In this document: piece by piece, positions 9,739 through 18,900 of the stretch
Numbering within the stretch: the first letter of the stretch is position 1
How the letters are laid out: each line of letters starts with the position of its first letter
Source of the DNA: Longimicrobiales bacterium
Lineage (GTDB): Bacteria > Gemmatimonadota > Gemmatimonadetes > Longimicrobiales > Gaopeijiaceae
Assembly (NCBI GenBank): GCA_965203485.1
Contig: OZ241892.1
Location: 3,424,001-3,488,000 of the forward strand
DNA length: 64,000 nt
Reading direction: 5' to 3'
Translations under genes and position numbers: made by a program
The notes under the pieces: model-generated
The model's input: only the letters and a program-made list of their open reading frames with translations
Told to the model about the DNA's origin: nothing
The model's database searches: none

Positions 9739-11055
9739 TTACTGTTCATCCAAACCAAGGAATGCATTCGTTTCCTTCAGAAAAAACTGCCGATAGCTAG
9801 CTGGCACGTTTTCCAAATTGCCCATTTCGTTCAGTCTTATGTTATGTGTCCTTGTTCCTTTGCGGGAACGCGGTTCAAAGTAGACAAAAGAAACGTCGTC
9901 CGGCGAAATGAGACCTTGGCGGATCGCGATTCGTGCACGATCCAGCATGTAATCGCTGTGAGTTTCGATTACGAACCGCAATGGCGATCGTCGGCGATCT
10001 CGGTTGAGCAAACTGATCAAAATCGACGACAGTTCCGCTTGCGCCCGAGGATGAAGATGAACTTCTGGTTGTTGAATGAGAAATGTGCCCGCACGTTGCG
10101 ATTGCATAACATGAACAAGTATAGGGAGCGCCTGACTGACGCCATAGCCGACATCCTTGAGATTTACTCTCGGTCCACGAATTTTTACTTGAACCTGAAA
10201 AGGATCACTACCCGATTTCCCCATCTTCTTGATCATGAGTTCAGAAAAAAGCCCAGTATCCTTTCCTAAAGATTCTAGTCTTTCCTTCAGTTCCTGCCAT
10301 CGCTTGCCTCCCTTGCGAGCAATGCTCGCAAGTTCTGCCGGTATGTCTGTGCCTTCGGCATCCGGTGCATCCAAAAACGGATCGTAAGTTCGCTTCGGCC
10401 GTGAACGAACTGGAGCGATACTCTTTGAAGGGACCAAGTCCAATGGCGACCTGTATGGCATCTTCCGATCGCCCTTCCTGAAGAACGGATGAAGCGCTTC
10501 GATGAACTCGCGTGCCTGCGTCTCAAGGTCCAGCCATGAGGGCAACATCCATGGACGGGCCTGAAACCTGCCGAAGAACGGTTCTGAAAGGTCCACATGA
10601 ATAGACCGCCTGTCTTGCTTGGTGACGAGGCCACGACCCCTTCTGTTGCCATAGGATTCTGCAATGTTGCGATGAACTACGATGCTGGCATCTCCGAAAG
10701 TCCAAGTTACGTGCGCAACGTCGGCTCGTGCGCCGTCCCGCCGTTCACGCAATGTGGCAACGTAGGTAGTGCGGGTTGCCTTAGGGCCTCGAAACACAAT
10801 TCCTATCTTGAACAACGGAAGCAACGGATTGCTTCGTCGCACGATCTCCCGAAAGGACCCCATTTCGTAGGGATGCCGGTTGAAACTAATTTCTGAATGA
10901 CTCCACATATAATCCGCCAACGCCTGCATGCACCCCAACACCGTCGTCTTCCCGGTGCTGTTCTCCCCCACCAAGAACGTCAACGGCCGAATCCGCACAT
11001 CCTGCGGCCCCGCAAAGCACCGCACGTCCTCGATCAGAAACCGATCCAGCTTCAT
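9739..11055 (-). CDS. ABC/AAA_21-type ATPase with DUF3696-like C-terminus
   Basis: Walker A GENSTGKT, signature-like VGYGVSQ, Walker B-like LIQQPEVHLHP, H-loop IETHS, C-terminal IRLNEMGNLENVP...FF. Confidence 0.82.
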   Translation of the reverse strand: MKLDRFLIEDVRCFAGPQDVRIRPLTFLVGENSTGKTTVLGCMQALADYMWSHSEISFNRHPYEMGSFREIVRRSNPLLPLFKIGIVFRGPKATRTTYVATLRERRDGARADVAHVTWTFGDASIVVHRNIAESYGNRRGRGLVTKQDRRSIHVDLSEPFFGRFQARPWMLPSWLDLETQAREFIEALHPFFRKGDRKMPYRSPLDLVPSKSIAPVRSRPKRTYDPFLDAPDAEGTDIPAELASIARKGGKRWQELKERLESLGKDTGLFSELMIKKMGKSGSDPFQVQVKIRGPRVNLKDVGYGVSQALPILVHVMQSQRAGTFLIQQPEVHLHPRAQAELSSILISLLNRDRRRSPLRFVIETHSDYMLDRARIAIRQGLISPDDVSFVYFEPRSRKGTRTHNIRLNEMGNLENVPASYRQFFLKETNAFLGLDEQ

Positions 11056-11067
11056 CGCGCCCTCCCC

Positions 11068-13149
11068 CTACTCCGCCGCCGGCTTCCTGTGCGTCCCCCA
11101 CTTCTCGAACCACTTGCGCAAGTACAGCTGGGTCCGCAAGAAGTTCGACGGTCGCGAACTCGTCCCGTGCCACTCGTCCTGGAAGCGGATCATGACCGTG
11201 GGCACCCCCTCGTACTGCAACGCTTGGTAGAACTCCTCCGTCTGGCCCATCGGCGTGCGGAGATCGTTTTCGCCGGTCAGGAGCATGGTGGGCGTGGTGA
11301 CGTTGCCGACGTAGAAAATGGAGGAGCGGTCGATCCATTCGGCGGGATCTTCCCAGAAGGGCTTCTCGAAGGTGCGCAGGTAACTGATGGCGTCCGACGT
11401 GCCCATGGCGGACATCCAGTTGACGATGGGGCAGTTGGCGGATGCGGCGCGGAAGCGGTCGGTGTTGCCGACGATGTAGCTGGTCAGGATGCCGCCGCCG
11501 GAGCAGCCGTAGACGAACAGGTTGTCCTCGTCGACGTAGCCGCGCGCCAGCATCTCGTCGACGCCGTTCATGAGGTCGGGGAAGTCGGCGCCGGGATAGT
11601 CGTGGTTGATGGCGTTGGCGAACTCGGTTCCGTAGCCGGTGCTGCCTCGGGGGTTCGTGTACAGCACGACGTAGCCGTTGGCGGCGTGTTCCTGGAACGC
11701 GAAGTTGAAGCTGCCGTTGTACATGGCGTGGGGGCCGCCGTGGATGACGAGCATCAGCGGGTACTTGCCGGCCGGATCGAAGTCGGGCGGCTTGACGATC
11801 CATCCCTGCACGCGAAAGCCGTCGTCGGAGTCGTACCATATCTCCTCGACCTCGCCGAGTTGCACGCGGTCCAGCACGTCGGCGTTGACCGACGTCAGAC
11901 GGACGGACTCGCTCGGATCGGCCACCGCGAAGCGATGCACGTCGGCCGGCTCGTGGGCGGTGGACACAGTGCCCACGGCCGTGCCGTCGTCCGCTAGCGA
12001 AGACATGGCGAAGAGGCGCTTGCCCGACGTGAGCGCGGTGACGCCGCCGCGCAACGAAACGAAGTGCAGTTGTCCGTATCCGTCTCGGCGGACGTTGAAG
12101 TAGAGGCCGCTGCCGTCGGGCGCCCAGGTCATCGCGCCGGTCTGCCGGTCGTAGTCGCCGGATATGACCCGGGAGCCCGAGCCGTCGCGGTTCATGACGT
12201 GGATCCGGCGGTTGCGGTAGGTGTCGTCGTGCGCGTCCTGGCCGGTGTAGGCGATCAGGGTTCCGTCGGGCGACGGGACCGGGCTGGAATCGGGACCTCG
12301 GCGGTTGGTGAGCCGGCGGATCTCGCCGGTGGCGACTTCGACGGCGTAGATCTCCGACTCCTGCCAGTGCTCGGGCCGGTGCGCGTCCTCGTGCCGAAAC
12401 GATGTGAAGTAGATCTCGGCGCCGTCGGGGCTCCAGCGCGCGCCCGAGTGGTTCCAGTCGCCGTGCGTCAGCTGGCGCGCCGTGCCTCCGCTCGCGGGCG
12501 CCACGAACACGTGCGTCCAACCAGTGTCCACGTAGCCTGTCCGGTCTCGCTTGTACGCGGGCCGCTCCACGACCTTGGGTTCGGCCGTCCACTTGGCGCC
12601 GCTGGGCCGGTCCGGCAGGGACACGCCCGCGAAGTCCGCCTTGTCCTTCACTCTGCTCGTGAACGCGATCCACTGTCCGTCGGGCGACCAGCGCGCGCCG
12701 GAAGGACCGCGCTCGAGATGCGTGACTTGGGTGACCGCCCCTTCCGCATCCATCCATCGCACGAACAACTGCGCGCCCTCGGGCTCGCCGGGCGCCGTGA
12801 ACAGGATGCGCGTTCCGTCGGGCGACCAAGCCGCGCCGCTTCCGTCCACGAGATGCCGGTCGCGCGTTCCGTCGGCGTTCATGAGACGCAGCGAAGACTT
12901 GCGGCGGTCGTTGGCCTTGTCGATCCAGCCGCGCGTGTAGACGACTCGCCGCCCGTCGGGCGATATGCGCGGATTCGACACGGTCTCCATGTCCAGGTAC
13001 TGCGCGAGGGCGAGCGGCGATCGGGCCGCGTCCGCGACCGCGGAGGACTGCTGGGCCGAGGCGGGAAATGCGGAGAAGGCCATGGTCGCGAGCAGGGTCG
13101 TCGTGGCGAGAAGGCGGGTTGCGGAAACGAAGCTGGGGCGTGGAGTCAT
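11068..13149 (-). CDS. Secreted S9-family peptidase (dipeptidyl aminopeptidase/acylaminoacyl peptidase)
   Basis: Signal peptide, WSPDG propeller repeats, IHGGP, NPRGSTGYG, nucleophile motif GCSGGG, DLRT and EWHG. Confidence 0.93.
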   Translation of the reverse strand: MTPRPSFVSATRLLATTTLLATMAFSAFPASAQQSSAVADAARSPLALAQYLDMETVSNPRISPDGRRVVYTRGWIDKANDRRKSSLRLMNADGTRDRHLVDGSGAAWSPDGTRILFTAPGEPEGAQLFVRWMDAEGAVTQVTHLERGPSGARWSPDGQWIAFTSRVKDKADFAGVSLPDRPSGAKWTAEPKVVERPAYKRDRTGYVDTGWTHVFVAPASGGTARQLTHGDWNHSGARWSPDGAEIYFTSFRHEDAHRPEHWQESEIYAVEVATGEIRRLTNRRGPDSSPVPSPDGTLIAYTGQDAHDDTYRNRRIHVMNRDGSGSRVISGDYDRQTGAMTWAPDGSGLYFNVRRDGYGQLHFVSLRGGVTALTSGKRLFAMSSLADDGTAVGTVSTAHEPADVHRFAVADPSESVRLTSVNADVLDRVQLGEVEEIWYDSDDGFRVQGWIVKPPDFDPAGKYPLMLVIHGGPHAMYNGSFNFAFQEHAANGYVVLYTNPRGSTGYGTEFANAINHDYPGADFPDLMNGVDEMLARGYVDEDNLFVYGCSGGGILTSYIVGNTDRFRAASANCPIVNWMSAMGTSDAISYLRTFEKPFWEDPAEWIDRSSIFYVGNVTTPTMLLTGENDLRTPMGQTEEFYQALQYEGVPTVMIRFQDEWHGTSSRPSNFLRTQLYLRKWFEKWGTHRKPAAE

Positions 13150-13254
13150 TGCGGCGACCTCTGGAGAAAGGGCGATGTCGGTGGAAATGCGCGAGCAGAC
13201 CCGATGAACGAGCGCGCGTGTGCGGACGCCGCGCGAACCGAGCGGCGGCAGGCG

Positions 13255-14481
13255 TCAGACAAGGCGTTCGACCACCTGCAGCAGGCGGTTCACGTCGTCC
13301 TGGTTGTTGAACATCGCGATCGCGGCGCGCAGCAGTCTTCCGTCCTCCTGGAAGGTGACGGCGACGCCTTCGGCTTCGAGCGCCGCGGCCAGCGTCTCGT
13401 GATCCAGCCCGTGGTAGAAGCTCACGATTGGAGACGAATTGGCGGGCGGGGTGAAAAGCTCCATGCCGAGCGCCTCGGCGCCGTCGCGAAGCCGGGCGGC
13501 CAGCGCGTGCGTGTGTTCGGCGACGCGGTCCATTCCCACGTCGGCGACGAAGCGAAGCGCCGCGTCCATGGCGGCGACCGATCCGTGGGAGGCGTTGCCG
13601 TATTCAAACTTGGCCGCCGTCGTCTTGAGGCGGTAGCGGCGGCCCGAAAGCTCCTCGGCCACTTGGCGATGCCCGTAGCGGTCCGGCGTCATCCACTCCA
13701 AGTGCTCGCGGCGCACGTAGAACGGAGCGCATCCGAAGTCGGCGAACAGCCACTTGTAGCCGTTTCCGCAGGCGAAGTCGACTTGTTCGTCGTGCAGGTT
13801 GAGCGGGAAGGTTCCGAACGCCTGGATCGCGTCGGCGTACAAGAATGCGCCGTTGGAGTGGGCCAGCTCCGCCAAGGTCGGCAGATCGTGGCGGAAGCCG
13901 TTGCGGTTGGACACCCAGGCGACGCTGAGCAGACGGGTGCGCCGGTCGGCCCTCGCGGCAAAGTCTTCGGCCGACACTACTCCTTGCCGGGCGGGTACGA
14001 TGCGCAGTTCCACGCCTTTTCGCCGCTCGAGTTCCTGGTACAGAACGAACGTGGTCGTGAAGTGCAGCTCGTCCACGACCACGTTGTCCCCCGGCTGCCA
14101 GTCCAGCGCTTGGGCGATCACGTTCTCGGCGTCGCTCGTCGAATAGAGCATCGCCACCTCGTCCTCGTCCGCGCCGAACACGCTTGCGAAGCCGCCCCGG
14201 GCCTGCTCCAGCATGGCCGCTCGCCGACTTGGATCGCGAAGAAGCGACTTCCCCTCCGCGTAGTCCCGAAGCGCGTCGCGCACCGGGGCCGGCAACGGAC
14301 CCACCGAGGCCGTGTTCAGGTACGCCAGCTCGTCGGTGACCGGAAACGCCGGGCGAACGCCCAAGGGATCGTCCGGGGACGGGGTGGCCGAAGCCGGCCG
14401 TGGCTGGACGGCGCCGCGAACGCCCGCCAGGCCCGTCGCGGCCGTGGCTGTCAGGAAGTCTCGCCGGTTCCATGCTCGCAT
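13255..14481 (-). CDS. Class V aminotransferase (PLP-dependent) with Tat signal peptide
   Basis: NRRDFL twin-arginine motif, YLNTASVGP, DAIQ, PLP lysine in GYKWL. GGAGG RBS precedes ATG 14481. Confidence 0.9.
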   Translation of the reverse strand: MRAWNRRDFLTATAATGLAGVRGAVQPRPASATPSPDDPLGVRPAFPVTDELAYLNTASVGPLPAPVRDALRDYAEGKSLLRDPSRRAAMLEQARGGFASVFGADEDEVAMLYSTSDAENVIAQALDWQPGDNVVVDELHFTTTFVLYQELERRKGVELRIVPARQGVVSAEDFAARADRRTRLLSVAWVSNRNGFRHDLPTLAELAHSNGAFLYADAIQAFGTFPLNLHDEQVDFACGNGYKWLFADFGCAPFYVRREHLEWMTPDRYGHRQVAEELSGRRYRLKTTAAKFEYGNASHGSVAAMDAALRFVADVGMDRVAEHTHALAARLRDGAEALGMELFTPPANSSPIVSFYHGLDHETLAAALEAEGVAVTFQEDGRLLRAAIAMFNNQDDVNRLLQVVERLV

Positions 14482-14764
14482 GGAAGCCTCCATGGGTAGT
14501 TGGATGTCCACGATATAGTACGCGCCGCGTGTTGCGACGGCCAGCGGCGGCGGCCGCTTGCGGGAGCACGTTACGCGTGACGACCGGCCGCGTGGTGCGC
14601 TTCTGCGCGGCGCGATCACGGGGTGGCGCAAGGCGGCGTCCTGGGGTAAATTCGACGTTCCTCAGCAGCCGTCTCGCGCGTTGCGTCGCGGCGGCTTGTT
14701 GCGCGCACCTTTCGCGGCGGTCCTTGGGCGTGAGCGCGTCCGATCCGGCGACAGGAGAACACGC

Positions 14765-15943
14765 TTGCTCGGATTCGACTTCGGTTGGTCCGACGTGGCC
14801 GAATGGTGGCGCGCCATGGTCGCCGTGGCCGTTCCGCGCCTAGCGCCGTCGGTCGGCATCCTGGTTGTGGCGGCGGTCGCCTACTTCGTCGCGCGCAAGT
14901 ACGTGGTGCGGGCGGGCCAGCGCCTCGTCGCCCGCACCAAGACGGACCTCGACGACCGGATCCTGCACTCGGTGCGCCGCGCGCTGTCGTGGACCGTCGT
15001 GGCGTGGGCGCTTTGGCGGTTGGCGTTCATTTGGTTTCCGGCCGGCCCCGAGGGAGCGCCGCCCCGTGCCGCCGAATGGGTCGTCGGCTTGTGGATCGCC
15101 TTCCTCTTCTTCCCGTTGAGCCGGCTCGCATGCGACTTGCTGCTCGTCGTCGGCACGCAGTTCGCCGCCAAGCGCCGGGGCGGTCTCGACGCCACCGCGT
15201 TGCCGATGGCCACGCGCGTCCTGCGCTTCCTCCTGATCGCCTTGGGCGCGATGCTCGCCTTGGACCGCCTGGGCATCAACATCCAGCCGTTTCTGGCTGG
15301 CTCCGCCGTGATGGGGCTGGCGATATCCTTCGCCGCGCGCGACACCCTGTCCAACTTGATCGCAGGCGTCCTCCTGGTGCTGGACCGCCCCTTCCAAGTC
15401 GGCGACCGAATCGAGCTCTGGAGCGCCCCCACCGAGACCGGCACGTGGGGCGACGTCATTGACATCGGTCTGCGCGCCACCAAGATCCGCAATCCCGACA
15501 ACTTGGTCGTGGTCGTGCCCAACAACGAGATCATGCGGCGCGACATCGTCAACTACACCATGTCGGGCTCGGACATACGCCTGCGCATTCCGTTCTCGAT
15601 CGCCTACGAGTCCAACATCGAGCGCGCGAAGGCGTTGCTCGTCGAAGCGGCGGGCAACGTGGACGGCGTGAAGCTGCAGCCCGCGCCCGTGGTCATTGTG
15701 CGCGGCTTCGGAGCGTCCGAGGTGAACCTCGAGCTGCGTGTGTGGGTCACGGAAGCCCGCGCCCGCCGGAGGATCGCCGACGAGATCACTGCAAGGGTTC
15801 TCGTCGCCTTCGCGACGGAGGGCGTGGAGATTCCGTATCCCAAGCGCGAGTTGTACATCCGAGAACAAGGCGCCGCTCAAAGGCTTCTCCCAGGAAGAGA
15901 CGCCAGCAACGGCGGCGGCGAGGGTGCTCCACATCCGCGCTGA
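14765..15943 (+). CDS. mscS: Small-conductance mechanosensitive channel family protein
   Basis: TM helices followed by GLAISFAARDTLSNLIAG...PFQVGDRI...IGLRAT...VPNN, and IPYP near the C-terminus. AGGAG precedes TTG 14765. Confidence 0.9.
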   Translation: MLGFDFGWSDVAEWWRAMVAVAVPRLAPSVGILVVAAVAYFVARKYVVRAGQRLVARTKTDLDDRILHSVRRALSWTVVAWALWRLAFIWFPAGPEGAPPRAAEWVVGLWIAFLFFPLSRLACDLLLVVGTQFAAKRRGGLDATALPMATRVLRFLLIALGAMLALDRLGINIQPFLAGSAVMGLAISFAARDTLSNLIAGVLLVLDRPFQVGDRIELWSAPTETGTWGDVIDIGLRATKIRNPDNLVVVVPNNEIMRRDIVNYTMSGSDIRLRIPFSIAYESNIERAKALLVEAAGNVDGVKLQPAPVVIVRGFGASEVNLELRVWVTEARARRRIADEITARVLVAFATEGVEIPYPKRELYIREQGAAQRLLPGRDASNGGGEGAPHPR

Positions 15944-15965
15944 GGCCGGGGTCGTTCGGGCGAGG

Positions 15966-18900
15966 ATGCTTTTCGCCGTCGTGCTGGCGTCGTCGCTTGT
16001 TGCGGCGTTGCCGGGCGGGGCGGGGGCGCAGTCGGCGGCGCCGGCGGTGCAGCGCATCGTGTTTCTCGGCTTGGAGGCGGGGGACAGCACGTACTTTCGG
16101 GGCGAAGCGGTCAAGGTGCGCGTCGTGTTCGACAAGCGTGTCGCGGTGGGGACCGCGAACGGGGCGCCGTACTTGGAGCTGGCGGTCGGGACGGCGACCC
16201 GGCGGGCGTCGTTCGTCAGGTCGAAGCGCAACGCGCTGGACTTTTCGTACACGGTGCAGCGCGCCGACGTGGACAGCGACGGCGTCGGCGTGCCTGCGGG
16301 CGCTCTGACGCTGAACGGGGCGACGATCAAGGCGGAGACGGACGCGGCGACCGACGCGAACGTAGCGCACGGCGCCGTGGCGGGCGGCTTGGGGCGCAAG
16401 GTGGACGGAAGCAAGGTTCGGCCGCCCGAGGTGCAGCGGGTCTTGTTCACGGGCCCGGTGGCCGAGGACAGCACGCACTACCGCGGGGAGACGATCGGCG
16501 TGCGGGTCCTGTTCAAGGAGGACGTGGTGGTGGAGACGGCGGGCGGGCGGCCGCGAGTGGCGCTGGCGGTCGGGTCGCGGACGAGGCACGCGGCGATGAC
16601 GCAGTGGCGCCGGAACCGCATCGACTTCTCGTACACGGTTCAGACGGGCGACGCGGACGCGGACGGCGTGGAGATTGCGGCGAACGCCTTGGGGCTGAAC
16701 GGGGGTACGGTCAAGTCGGCGCTGGACAGCGCGACGAGCGCGGTTCTGGCGCACGAGCGCGTGGCGGGCGGCTTGGCGCGCAAGGTGGACGGAAGCAAGG
16801 TTCGGCCGCCCGAGGTGCAGCGGGTCTTGTTCACGGGCCCGGTGGCCGAGGACAGCACGCACTACCGCGGGGAGACGATCGGCGTGCGGGTCCTGTTCAA
16901 GGAGGACGTGGTGGTGGAGACGGCGGGCGGGCGGCCGCGAGTGGCGCTGGCGGTCGGGTCGCGGACGAGGCACGCGGCGATGACGCAGTGGCGCCGGAAC
17001 CGCATCGACTTCTCGTACACGGTTCAGACGGGCGACGCGGACGCGGACGGCGTGGAGATTGCGGCGAACGCCTTGGGGCTGAACGGGGGTACGGTCAAGT
17101 CGGCGCTGGACAGCGCGACGAGCGCGGTTCTGGCGCACGGGCGCGTGGCGGGCGGCTTGGCGCGCAAGGTGGACGGAAGCAAGGTTCGGCCGCCGAAGGC
17201 GAGCGGCGTGGCGTTCGACAACTCGCCGGCGGGCGGCGACACGTACGGGTACGGGGAGAGGATCGTGGTCCGGGTGGCGTTCGACCGTGCGGTGGTGGTG
17301 AGCACGGCGGGCGGGACGCCGCGCTTGGCGCTGAAGATCGGAGCGGTCGTGCGGCACGCGGCGCTGTCGGACACGGCTGGGACGTACACGCGGCTGCTGT
17401 TTTCGTACGCGGTGCAGGGAAGCGACGCGGCTCCGCGGGGAGCGAGCATCGGGGCGAACGCGCTGGAGTTGAACGGCGGGTCGGTCAAGGCGGGCGCGGA
17501 CGGCGCGACGGACGCGGTTCTGGCGCACGGCGCCGTTGCGGCGGACGCGGCGCGCAAGGTGGACGGTCGCCGCGGGCGGCCGCCGAAGGTGGACGGGGTT
17601 TCGTTCGCGGGCTCGGCTCCCGGCGACAGCACGTACCGGCACGGGGACTCGATCGTCGTGCGGGTGGGCTTCGACGAGTCGGTCGCGGTGGACGTGGCGA
17701 ACGGGAAGCCGCAAGTGGCGTTGGCGGTCGGGACGGTCGTGCGGCAGGCGGTCTTCTCGGCGCACTCGGGCAAGACGGTGGAGTTCGTGTACGTGGTGCA
17801 GTCGGCGGACCGGGACTTGGACGGAGCGAGCGTCGGGGCGAACGCGCTGGCGCTGAACGGCGGCGTGATCACGGGCGCGGCCGACGGCGCTGTTGCGGCG
17901 GACGTGACCCACGACGCGGTGGCGGCGGACGCGACCCGCAAGGTGGACGGACGGCCTCGAATCGTGAGCCTGGAGTTTGTCGACACGCATGGAGCGATAC
18001 AGGGTCTTTACAAGTTCGAAGAAAGGATATGGATTTGGGCGCGCTTCGATCAGAAGCTCGACGTGGGAGGAAGAGTGTCGATGGCGCTGGAAGTAGGAAC
18101 GGACACTGTGCAAGCGACGTCCAGCTTGAGACTCCGCTCGGGGGATAGTGCGGTCGCCTTCTTCTACCGTGTGAAGCGCGAAGATCGAGACGCGGACGGT
18201 GTGAGCGTGCCGAAAGGCGCCCTGGTCCTGAACGGGAGCATTCTGAAGGCGGCGTCGGACGACGCCACGGACGCAAACCTGGAGCATGGAGGGCTCGCGG
18301 CCGACAGCAGTCGCAGAGTGGACGGCAGTTTGATACCGACTCCCAGGCTTCGCGTAGTGGTTCGCAACTCGCCGGCAAAAGGCGCCACGTTTACGTGGAA
18401 AGAAAGGATACATGTTGAAGCCTCCTTTCAAGTAGGCGTGATCATCACGGGCAACCCGCGCTTGACCTTGAACGTGGGCACAAAGACGCGGCAACTGGCG
18501 GCCAGTGTTGTCGATCCCCGCTCCTTCGAATACGTCGTGCAGGCGGGAGACGTGGACGCGGACGGCATCAGCATCCCGGCGAACGCGCTGTCCTTGCCGA
18601 ACGGAGCGACGATTCGGTCGGCGGCCAACACCAGCATCCATGCGACCCTGTCGCACGATTCCGTGCCCGCTGATCCGCAACGAAAGGTGGACGGACGACT
18701 GGTTGAAGCCCCGAGAGCGCTGCGGATGGGCATCGAGCCGCCTCCGTCGCGCGGCGACACGTTTACGCGAGGCGAGATGTTCTACATTAAAATGTTCTTC
18801 GACAGGGACGTTGCAGTGGACACGACGCACGGCCGGCCCCGGATCGCCCTTTCGATAGGGGATTCGACCCGATACGCGACATACCGGCAACCCTCTCGCG

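Noticed and set aside
9300..11060. Integron cassette origin for the low-GC genes
   Set aside because: No attC-like (RYYYAAC...GTTRRRY) palindromic site or integron integrase was recognised.
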